Source of the DNA: Shigella virus Moo19
DNA length: 64,000 bases
Strand: one strand, 5' to 3'
Sequence record: MZ358387
Made by a program: the position numbers and the translations under genes. Under the pieces are notes generated by a model that had not been told where the DNA came from, did not search any database, and worked only from the letters and a program-made list of their open reading frames with translations. Positions 14,803-22,647 of the stretch are shown here, piece after piece. The number at the start of each line of letters is the position of its first letter. Position 1 is the stretch's first letter.

Positions 14803-15975
14803 ATGAACCAGATACCTCAGCACACTTTGACCGACGAGCAACTCATGCGAGAGTATGACCGTACTCAGGCTCAGGCTTTTCTGGGCAAGAGTGCTGCGTT
14901 CTTTGGCTCACTACTGTGTAGTCTTAAATTCTCCTGGCAACGGGAGAATTGCGATACCGCTCAGACCGATGGTACTGAGCTTCAGTTTAACCCTGACTTC
15001 TTTGTCTGGTTAAAGCCTGAAACAAGAAAGACCGTGCTTATGCACGAGCTTTGGCATGTAGGTTATCTGCATGGTGTCCGTCAGGGTTCTCGTGACCCAG
15101 AGTTCTGGAACTATGCCTGTGACATCTACATTAACAACCAGTTAGAAGACGACGGCTACTCCTTCGAGGGAGTAGAGAACTGCTGGAAAGACCCAAAATA
15201 TAAAGGTTGGGTCGAAGAGGATATTTACGATGACCTTATGAAGAATCCCCACAAGAAGCCGAAGGCATTGGGGGCATTTGGAACAGGGTCTGGTGGAGAT
15301 ATGGTTAGCCCCACTTCGGGTTCATCTCCTGCAACTATCGTCAACAACGTAGTACGTGCACTGCAACAACAAAAACTGGCTGGTGGCACACTAGCTGGTA
15401 CTGGTGCAGGCCGTATGCAAGAGGTGATTACCCAATTCCTCAAGCCAGTAGTTCCGTGGCAGCAAGTCCTGTTCGACTTCTTCACTGACATTGATGACAC
15501 CAAGTACACCTGGGCAAGACCTAATCGTCGTTACCCGGATATGTACCTGCCATCTCTGGAAGATGATGAAGGTCGCTTACGACATCTGGCCTATTTCGAG
15601 GATGTCTCTGGTTCCATTAGCAATGCTGACTCTCTGCGTTTTAACTCAGAAGTGGCCTATGTTAAGAGCCAGTTTAATCCGAAGAAAATGACCCTACTCA
15701 CTTTCGATACTGTTATTCAGGACGAAATCGATATCACCGAAGAGGATACCTTTGAGGAGATTAAGATTACAGGCCGTGGAGGTACTTGCCTCAAGCCTGT
15801 TCGTGAGTGGATTATCAAGAACAAGCCAACTGCTGCTATCATCTTCTCTGATATGCACGTTGCACCTATGGAAGAACTCCCGTTTGATATACCTATCATC
15901 TGGGTTTGTTTGGGAAACCGACATGCCACCGTGCCTTTCGGTGAAATCTTACATATTGACCCAGGAATGAAATAA
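14803..15975 (+). CDS. VWA domain protein with N-terminal metallopeptidase-like HExxH (DUF2201-like)
   Basis: MIDAS-like DVSGSIS; HELWHVGYLH; typical partner of MoxR ATPases. Confidence 0.7.
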   Translation: MNQIPQHTLTDEQLMREYDRTQAQAFLGKSAAFFGSLLCSLKFSWQRENCDTAQTDGTELQFNPDFFVWLKPETRKTVLMHELWHVGYLHGVRQGSRDPEFWNYACDIYINNQLEDDGYSFEGVENCWKDPKYKGWVEEDIYDDLMKNPHKKPKALGAFGTGSGGDMVSPTSGSSPATIVNNVVRALQQQKLAGGTLAGTGAGRMQEVITQFLKPVVPWQQVLFDFFTDIDDTKYTWARPNRRYPDMYLPSLEDDEGRLRHLAYFEDVSGSISNADSLRFNSEVAYVKSQFNPKKMTLLTFDTVIQDEIDITEEDTFEEIKITGRGGTCLKPVREWIIKNKPTAAIIFSDMHVAPMEELPFDIPIIWVCLGNRHATVPFGEILHIDPGMK

Positions 15976-16481
15976 TGGTTTTAAACGGAAATGCTCTGTA
16001 TCGTTCGTCTCAACTGCTGGATGTCCCAGACCGTAAGGTATCCGAGCATGGTGTAAGCTATGGATTGGGTGAAGCTGGTTATGATATTCGTATCAAACAA
16101 GACATCACCTTCTATCGCTTATTTGGGTTGATTCCAATGGTGAAAACTGTCGATGGTGAGACGGTAACTCGTCGCTTCGGTAAGTTCGCATTGGCTTCAG
16201 CAATTGAGAAGTTCAATATGTCTCCGTCCTGTGTAGCTATCGTTCACGATAAGTCTACCTGGGCAAGACGTGCATTATCAGTGTTCAATACCGTGATTGA
16301 ACCAGGATGGAAAGGGTATCTTACTCTCGAACTGGTCTATCATGGTCGTAAGAAACTGCATATCCCGGCTGGTGCTGGGATTGCACAAGTGCTGTTCCAT
16401 CTGGTTCAAGAACCTGCCCATTACAATGGGAAGTATCAGAACCAGGAAAACCAACCTGTCGCTGCAAGAAGCAGCAAATAA
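15975..16481 (+). CDS. dCTP deaminase/dUTPase-fold protein
   Basis: Sequence resemblance to dCTP deaminase family (GYDIR...; beta-barrel motifs). Confidence 0.55.
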   Translation: MVLNGNALYRSSQLLDVPDRKVSEHGVSYGLGEAGYDIRIKQDITFYRLFGLIPMVKTVDGETVTRRFGKFALASAIEKFNMSPSCVAIVHDKSTWARRALSVFNTVIEPGWKGYLTLELVYHGRKKLHIPAGAGIAQVLFHLVQEPAHYNGKYQNQENQPVAARSSK

Positions 16482-16490
16482 GGAATTACC

Positions 16491-16688
16491 ATGTCTGTAT
16501 TTACTACTAAAGTTGGCGGTGTAAAAGTTACTGTTGTTGCTGCAAATGTTGCATTTGTACGCGATATCGAAGGTAAAGGTGAACTGAACTTCGTATCCGG
16601 TCTGCAACTGCAAACTGAAGTCGGTTATGACTCTGTACGTCGTAACGTAGCTAAAGCACTGTCAGGGGCTGAAGCAGAAGCTGAATAA
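16491..16688 (+). CDS. Hypothetical protein (65 aa)
   Basis: ORF track; RBS aagga. Confidence 0.4.
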   Translation: MSVFTTKVGGVKVTVVAANVAFVRDIEGKGELNFVSGLQLQTEVGYDSVRRNVAKALSGAEAEAE

Positions 16689-16708
16689 GTAGCAAGTGCT
16701 TACCTTAA

Positions 16709-16736
16709 TAGCCCTGCAATGCAGGGCTATTTGTGG
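16709..16736 (+). terminator. Rho-independent terminator (tagccctgc-aat-gcagggcta + ttt)
   Basis: Read directly. Confidence 0.6.
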
Positions 16737-16746
16737 AAGTTCCTTC
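16731..16746 (+). repeat. 16-mer ttgtggaagttccttc (copy 1), near-palindromic core ggaagttcc
   Basis: Identical 16-mer at 17055-17070. Confidence 0.6.
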
Positions 16747-16764
16747 AATAACTCAGGAGTCTTA

Positions 16765-17025
16765 ATGGAAGTTTTATCTGCATTACTGGTTCTGGTAATT
16801 GCTCTTACAGCTTATCTGTTACCAACTATCATCGCATTCGTTCGTGGTCATGCTTCTAAGTGGGGCATTTTTATCACTAATTTACTGTTGGGCTGGTCAC
16901 TGATTTTCTGGATTGTTGCACTGATTTGGTCACTGTCCAATAAAGGACAATCTCAGACTACAATCGTTAACGTTGGAAGTGGTAACAGCTACAACGTGTC
17001 TCAAACGAGTCAGTCTGATAAGTAA
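16765..17025 (+). CDS. Superinfection-immunity (T4 Imm-like) membrane protein
   Basis: Motif LPTIIAFVRGH...NLLLGWSLIFWIVALIW; ATG 16765 with aggag RBS. Confidence 0.6.
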   Translation: MEVLSALLVLVIALTAYLLPTIIAFVRGHASKWGIFITNLLLGWSLIFWIVALIWSLSNKGQSQTTIVNVGSGNSYNVSQTSQSDK

Positions 17026-17054
17026 CTAACCTAAGCATCATTTAAAAGTGGTGC

Positions 17055-17070
17055 TTGTGGAAGTTCCTTC
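17055..17070 (+). repeat. 16-mer ttgtggaagttccttc (copy 2)
   Basis: Identical to 16731-16746. Confidence 0.6.
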
Positions 17071-17098
17071 CAGCTCATTGCTTATCCATGCGTAACCC

Positions 17099-17127
17099 AA
17101 AGCCCACTTAATCGTGGGCTTTTTTAA
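17099..17127 (+). terminator. Rho-independent terminator (aaagcccac-loop-gtgggcttt + T6)
   Basis: Read directly. Confidence 0.75.
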
Positions 17128-17140
17128 TTTAGGTACTCTT

Positions 17141-17602
17141 ATGTCAGTCGTTAAAGGTTCATGGTCTGCCCGATACCCTAACTTAATGAATATACCCCGT
17201 GGCTCAGGTAAGTCAGTACTAGTAGGAATGGACTTTTCTAGTTTGGAAGACCGTGCAGCAATAGCTATACGTGATGGTAAATCTGCAAGAGTTATATCAG
17301 TATCGCCTACAGGTCGTATAAAAGATGACGCTATAGATGCGATGCTTATGCAAGCTCTACAACATAACCTGTCTGGAACAAAAGCTGACTGGTACACAGT
17401 AGATGACTTGTATACACCCCCTAAACCACACTGCATGTCCCAAGTGCATGACATTATTGATAGCTTCTGGTCTGCCCCGGCACTGGGATTATATGGGCAA
17501 TATATTGCTCAGTTAGACAAGAAGCCAAAAACCAAAGATGTTTTTAAAGGAAAAAGCACTACTCACCATTACCCCTGGTATAGAAGAGGAAGCAAATACT
17601 AA
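17141..17602 (+). CDS. Hypothetical protein (153 aa)
   Basis: ORF track frame; ATG 17141. Confidence 0.4.
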   Translation: MSVVKGSWSARYPNLMNIPRGSGKSVLVGMDFSSLEDRAAIAIRDGKSARVISVSPTGRIKDDAIDAMLMQALQHNLSGTKADWYTVDDLYTPPKPHCMSQVHDIIDSFWSAPALGLYGQYIAQLDKKPKTKDVFKGKSTTHHYPWYRRGSKY

Positions 17603-17604
17603 TA

Positions 17605-18051
17605 ATGCGTATCCCATTCTTAAACAAAAGGAAAAGGGTTCCAACCCTGTTTCAAAAGGGAATTGAAGACGAGTTCGCTCTTAACCGTAAAGCACAGCAA
17701 TACATCGTAACTTTGTTCACTGGTGCAAAGGTAGATGCAGAAATGCAGCTTACTTTCATATTTGAACAGCTATTCATCGTGTACAATCTCGCCTTGTTTA
17801 CTGGCTCTCACGAAGTGAGTGATTGTGCACGAGAAGCCCTCCGTAAGCTCCGTGGTGAGTTTGAAAGACTACATGCCAGCTTTCCCTTCACTATGGATGC
17901 AGTCGCCTCTGTGAACTGCTCAAAGGCTCTGGCAATGGGTATACCCATTTTGCAAGAACTACCTCGTAGTGAATTTAAGTTGGCTTATGTGCAAGCCCGT
18001 AAGCTAACGGAGTCCAAACAAACCCTAATCTATTTAGAGAACCTACGATGA
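17605..18051 (+). CDS. Hypothetical protein (148 aa)
   Basis: ORF track. Confidence 0.4.
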   Translation: MRIPFLNKRKRVPTLFQKGIEDEFALNRKAQQYIVTLFTGAKVDAEMQLTFIFEQLFIVYNLALFTGSHEVSDCAREALRKLRGEFERLHASFPFTMDAVASVNCSKALAMGIPILQELPRSEFKLAYVQARKLTESKQTLIYLENLR

Positions 18052-18992
18052 TTAAAGCAGAAGTAATTGCTGATAGTCTTCATGAGAAGACAGGCACTCG
18101 CATTACCACGTTTGAACTGGTTTACCCACGTTTCATTCACAGTGAGTTTATGACTCACCGCATCTTCAACCGTAATGCTTCAAGCAGTCGTGCAATTCCT
18201 ACCGACCGTTTTATTGAACAGGTGCGTACTGACCCTGTATTCCCAAGCTATTGGGGTAAGAACCAGAAAGGGATGCAGGCATTTGAAGAACTGTCTGAAG
18301 ACCAACGTAGTGATGCAATGTTTATCTGGGACCAGGCTGCGTCCAGTGCTGCTACCTATGCAGAAATGCTGCGTCGTGGACAAGTCCATAAGCAGATTGT
18401 TAACCGCATTCTGGAACCGTTCACCCATATCCGTGTGGTAGTTACATCCACTAGCTGGACAAACTTCTATGGTTTACGTGACCATGAGGATGCCCAACCG
18501 GAAATCCGTTTACTGGCTCAGGCCATGAAGAAGGCTCATGAAGAATCTGTTCCGCAAAAACTCAAGAAAGGTGACTGGCATCTGCCTTATATTCGTGGTG
18601 CTGATTGTGCTAACGCTTACAATCATTGCAAATATCAACGAATTACAAGGGATGAACCAGGTAATGAGGAAATTTTAGGCTTACTGCTTAAAGTTTCTGC
18701 TGCTCGTTGTGCTCGTGCCTCCTATAACAACTTCGAAGGCAAGCCATCTACTATCAGTGATGACCTTGACCTCTTCGCTAAGTTGGTAGAGAAACAGCCA
18801 ATTCATGCCTCACCTACTGAGCATCAGGCTACACCGATGGACTTCAGTACCAAGTACGTTAATAACTCAAACCCAGCAACCTGGGAACAGGGTGTTACCT
18901 CTATGGATAGGGAGGGTAATCTCTACTCCGGTAACCTGCTGCACTTCGTCCAATTCCGTAAACTCATCCCCGGCGAAACAATCACTGCGTGA
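18048..18992 (+). CDS. Putative FAD-dependent thymidylate synthase (ThyX-like)
   Basis: ThyX-like signature region (FMTHRIFNRNASSSRAIP); assignment by recall, not searched. Confidence 0.45.
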   Translation: MIKAEVIADSLHEKTGTRITTFELVYPRFIHSEFMTHRIFNRNASSSRAIPTDRFIEQVRTDPVFPSYWGKNQKGMQAFEELSEDQRSDAMFIWDQAASSAATYAEMLRRGQVHKQIVNRILEPFTHIRVVVTSTSWTNFYGLRDHEDAQPEIRLLAQAMKKAHEESVPQKLKKGDWHLPYIRGADCANAYNHCKYQRITRDEPGNEEILGLLLKVSAARCARASYNNFEGKPSTISDDLDLFAKLVEKQPIHASPTEHQATPMDFSTKYVNNSNPATWEQGVTSMDREGNLYSGNLLHFVQFRKLIPGETITA

Positions 18993-19028
18993 TTGTGTTG
19001 TTTGGTTTGAACAACTCTTAAGGCAAAT

Positions 19029-19301
19029 ATGAAAAAGCTCGCTTTGTACGCAATGATTGCTAGTTGCATCATTACACTGGTTTATGTAATTAAGCTCCAA
19101 TGGTTCGTTGAAACAGACTATGCGTTCTGGCGAATCACAGCCATTACTGCACTAAGTGAAATTGGTCTGTGGTGCTTCTATTACTACGCTCGTGACTACG
19201 AAGGCATCAAAGCACACGAAGAAAATGCCAAGCGTATTGCACGGCACTTTACTATGATGGTTCAGCCATCAGATGAAGACGACTCAGGACAAAAGCAGTA
19301 A
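19029..19301 (+). CDS. Membrane protein (90 aa, two TM-like segments)
   Basis: ORF track; hydrophobicity. Confidence 0.45.
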   Translation: MKKLALYAMIASCIITLVYVIKLQWFVETDYAFWRITAITALSEIGLWCFYYYARDYEGIKAHEENAKRIARHFTMMVQPSDEDDSGQKQ

Positions 19302-19307
19302 ACTTAA

Positions 19308-19334
19308 AGACCTCCTACGGGAGGTCTTTTTTTG
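19308..19334 (+). terminator. Rho-independent terminator (agacctcc-tacg-ggaggtct + T7)
   Basis: Read directly. Confidence 0.75.
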
Positions 19335-19359
19335 AGTCTACTACTGTCCGGGAGGACTT

Positions 19360-19578
19360 ATGCCACATAAATACCGTATTAAAAGCTCTGGTGATTTCGT
19401 CTATGCGTTAGTTTACTCGGACTACGGAGCAGCTAAGTTAGACACCAATGCTACTGGCATTGAGCACAAATCCGTAACCCTGGAAGAGAATGGAGGGTAT
19501 CCATTCTTCACTGTACCAGTTAATCAGTTGGAAGAAATTTATGATGAATCCAAAGGTAATACACAGCAAAACGGGTGA
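19360..19578 (+). CDS. Hypothetical protein (72 aa)
   Basis: ORF track; RBS ggagg. Confidence 0.35.
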   Translation: MPHKYRIKSSGDFVYALVYSDYGAAKLDTNATGIEHKSVTLEENGGYPFFTVPVNQLEEIYDESKGNTQQNG

Positions 19579-19888
19579 AGCTGTAGAGCTTGATACCATT
19601 GCTAAAGTGGAAGATATTCTGGCTTGCCCTGCAAATATTGCATCACTTTGCCAGTGTATTGTTGCACTGTCAGAGGAGCGTAAGCTATGGCTTGAACCAA
19701 ACAAAGAGATGGTTCAGGCTGGGATTGCTGAAGTACATAGTACTTTAGAAAATATTTCTCAGGAAAACTACGAAGCTGGGGAATGTAGTCATGTTGGTCA
19801 TATTGACCTTGATACAATGACTGATGACCAGGCTTCTGATTTAGCTGTATTCGTCCTGCAAGCTATGGCAGGTAAGCGTAGTGGTTGA
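19541..19888 (+). CDS. Hypothetical protein (115 aa)
   Basis: ORF track frame 19490-19888; ATG 19541. Confidence 0.4.
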   Translation: MMNPKVIHSKTGEAVELDTIAKVEDILACPANIASLCQCIVALSEERKLWLEPNKEMVQAGIAEVHSTLENISQENYEAGECSHVGHIDLDTMTDDQASDLAVFVLQAMAGKRSG

Positions 19889-20022
19889 GCTGTTCAACCT
19901 AATATCCCCACTGATGTATACCTTCAATGATTTTCTTGGAACATACGGCACTGCTTTAGGTAGTGCCGTAGTTCTATTCGCTCTTTTCTATTAAAAGCTG
20001 CATTCTATCTGGAGAGTTAAAA

Positions 20023-22647
20023 ATGCAAGTCGCAGACAATCAAGAATTAACTACCTCTGCTACCCTCGGTGGCAAACAAGCTATCTCATTCGGTATCTCG
20101 GATGACCCGGCATTCTTTCACGTACTGAGTTCATCTCTGTATAACAATCCAAATCTGGCTGTTGTACGTGAAACCATCTGTAATCAGTGGGATGCTCACA
20201 TTGAAGCAGGTAAGACACACCTGCCCGTGCTAATCGTCATTGATAAAGACAACTTTATTACCTTTCGTGACTACGGTAAAGGTATCCCATCCGATAAGAT
20301 TGGTGCTGTATATGCCACTTATGGGGCATCCACCAAGAAAGCTAATTCCAGTGTAACTGGTGGCTTTGGTCTGGGATGTAAATCACCATTCGCTTATACA
20401 GACAGCTTCCAGGTTACTTCATGGAACCAGGGTAAGATGTCTATCTATAACGTTACTAAGTCCTCGGTAGAGACTGACGGTAAGCCGGGTGTAATCCCAA
20501 TTATTACGGACGTTGCCTCTGACGATACTGGTCTGGAAGTTAAATTCCAGCTTCGTCCTGAAGATGTGAACGAGTTCATTCGTTACATCGAATCCATTGT
20601 TTATAACGGTGAGATTAAAGCAATCCTGCGTAGCCCTAAGATGGTACTCAATCCTGATGGTAACCGTACCATCGAGCTGCAAGACCGTAGTCTGCCTGTA
20701 CTAGGTATGTCCTTTGAACCTGGTTCATATGACATTAACGGTACATGGCATCGTAGCTATATGGGCAGCAGTGCTGTTTATGTACGTTATGGTAACGTAA
20801 TGTATCCGGCTGTTGAAAGTCCGGCTACAGAGGAAGCACTGGGAGTTATTCATAACTTCATGAACATCATTGGTGCTAACCGTATTGTTGTTCAAGCTGC
20901 TCCATCTACTCTGGCTATTGCCCCAAGCCGTGAAACACTGTCGAACCAGAAAATGACTGACGATGGTATCGTAGACATCTGTGTTGACCTCGTTGACCGT
21001 CTGGAAAAGGAAATCAAAGCAGGTATCCCAATAGCTTTGAAAGAAATTGAAGAAGGTATTGCTAAGTCTAATCACTTTAGCATGTATGACTGGGAAAATT
21101 TCTTTGATTACGTATCTAACACTCGTGTTAGAGGCTACATGAAGTCAAGCCTGTGGCGTAAAGCATCTCGCCACTATCGTAAACACTGGAAAAAACTGTC
21201 TAATAAACGATTCTTTGAACAAGAAGAGTTTAAAGGTATTCACTTTAGTCGTAGTCGTGCAATGACTGCACTAAAGCAATCCCGTTCAAGCCAAAGACAG
21301 GATTATTTTCTGAGCTTCCTGCAACGCTATGTTGTACTGCCTAAGCTGTATGAATGGAAGTTGTGTAAGCTGAAATGGTCTGGTCACGTTGTTGGTCGTT
21401 ATCACAACTGCATGTTAGTAAAGCATGGGTTACGTACCTATATGCGTACCTATTCTGACCTGGCTGTGCTTCAGACACTGGTAACCAAAAACGTAATCAT
21501 TACCCGTCGTATGTCAGATTGTCATGAATCGTTTTATTACCATCCTGATTATCATGGTTCAGCATGGGAAGCTAAATGTGGTGGCAATAGTGGTGTATAC
21601 ACTACTAAAACTGCTCATGTTATTCACATTGGAGCCAAGAAAGGCGAAGCTGAGGAGGTAGCTGCTAAGTATACTGCTCTGGGCTATCAAATCATTGACC
21701 TTACCAAGCAAAATGATTGGGATAAACCAGCAGAAATGCGACGTATTGCTACTGCATCGGCTAATGCTAAACGTGCCAAGAACAAAGCTGATTTATTAGC
21801 TGCTGGCATGAAAGGCTCTGAACCAAACCGTTTAATTTCAATTAACTGTGTGCTTAATAAGCGTAGTGGTATTGACCGTGATACCAAAAAAATCTATGAG
21901 TTCGATTATATCGACCCTGATTTTGCTGCACCAGAAAAGTGGAAACAATATGGTCACGTTGACGTAGAGAATCCACTCTATTACGTAGAACTTAAAGAGA
22001 TTCGTTCTGGGCGTCCTGAACAGAATCCTGACATTGGTTCTATGCACCAATGGACTGATTTAACTGATGAAGTTAAAGCAGTAACCGTTGTCTGCCGTAA
22101 TAAAATTGAGGTTAACAAAGCCATTAAACGTGGTGCTGTGCATCTCGATGACAAACGCTACAAGGAAGTGCTGGACATTGTTAAATCCAAAGAGTTCAAG
22201 AAATACGTTACTTATGAACGTATTGGTATTCTTGAATATCTGAACATGGAGGATGGTCAGTACCAAGAGTTGCTTAAGCTGCTCGGCATTAAAGCTAAGG
22301 TATTCGATAATCTGGTTCTAAGACCAGAGTTCGAGTGGGCATATAAATTCCTCAATTACATGGACTCCAGTAAGAAACGCAAATTGGTTTCTCTGGGTTG
22401 CATGGAAAAAGAGGAAGATATTGACCAGTACCTACCATTAACTCACTTGAAGACGTTCAAAAACCTTCAATCGTTACTGGATATCAAGGGTATCTTCCAA
22501 GTAAGGGAAGTAAGTGGTCCTGCTATGTATTACTCATCTGTGCAGGATTTAATCAACTGGCTTACTGAACACCCAGAGGATATTCCTGGGTATAAGATAC
22601 TCATCCGTAACTGTTTAACTAAACGTAAAGGTATATACACAAGATGA
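20023..22647 (+). CDS. rIIA-like protein with N-terminal GHKL-type ATPase domain
   Basis: Bergerat-fold motifs (RETICNQWDAH; RDYGKGI; TGGFGLGCKSPF); size and pairing with downstream gene. Confidence 0.55.
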   Translation: MQVADNQELTTSATLGGKQAISFGISDDPAFFHVLSSSLYNNPNLAVVRETICNQWDAHIEAGKTHLPVLIVIDKDNFITFRDYGKGIPSDKIGAVYATYGASTKKANSSVTGGFGLGCKSPFAYTDSFQVTSWNQGKMSIYNVTKSSVETDGKPGVIPIITDVASDDTGLEVKFQLRPEDVNEFIRYIESIVYNGEIKAILRSPKMVLNPDGNRTIELQDRSLPVLGMSFEPGSYDINGTWHRSYMGSSAVYVRYGNVMYPAVESPATEEALGVIHNFMNIIGANRIVVQAAPSTLAIAPSRETLSNQKMTDDGIVDICVDLVDRLEKEIKAGIPIALKEIEEGIAKSNHFSMYDWENFFDYVSNTRVRGYMKSSLWRKASRHYRKHWKKLSNKRFFEQEEFKGIHFSRSRAMTALKQSRSSQRQDYFLSFLQRYVVLPKLYEWKLCKLKWSGHVVGRYHNCMLVKHGLRTYMRTYSDLAVLQTLVTKNVIITRRMSDCHESFYYHPDYHGSAWEAKCGGNSGVYTTKTAHVIHIGAKKGEAEEVAAKYTALGYQIIDLTKQNDWDKPAEMRRIATASANAKRAKNKADLLAAGMKGSEPNRLISINCVLNKRSGIDRDTKKIYEFDYIDPDFAAPEKWKQYGHVDVENPLYYVELKEIRSGRPEQNPDIGSMHQWTDLTDEVKAVTVVCRNKIEVNKAIKRGAVHLDDKRYKEVLDIVKSKEFKKYVTYERIGILEYLNMEDGQYQELLKLLGIKAKVFDNLVLRPEFEWAYKFLNYMDSSKKRKLVSLGCMEKEEDIDQYLPLTHLKTFKNLQSLLDIKGIFQVREVSGPAMYYSSVQDLINWLTEHPEDIPGYKILIRNCLTKRKGIYTR

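Noticed and set aside
17141-17602. Sequence LVGMDFSSLEDR in a 153-aa protein resembling DNA polymerase motif A (GLDFASLEDR at pol 27468-30047)
   Set aside because: Short isolated match in a protein far too small for a polymerase; likely coincidental, though it could be checked by alignment.
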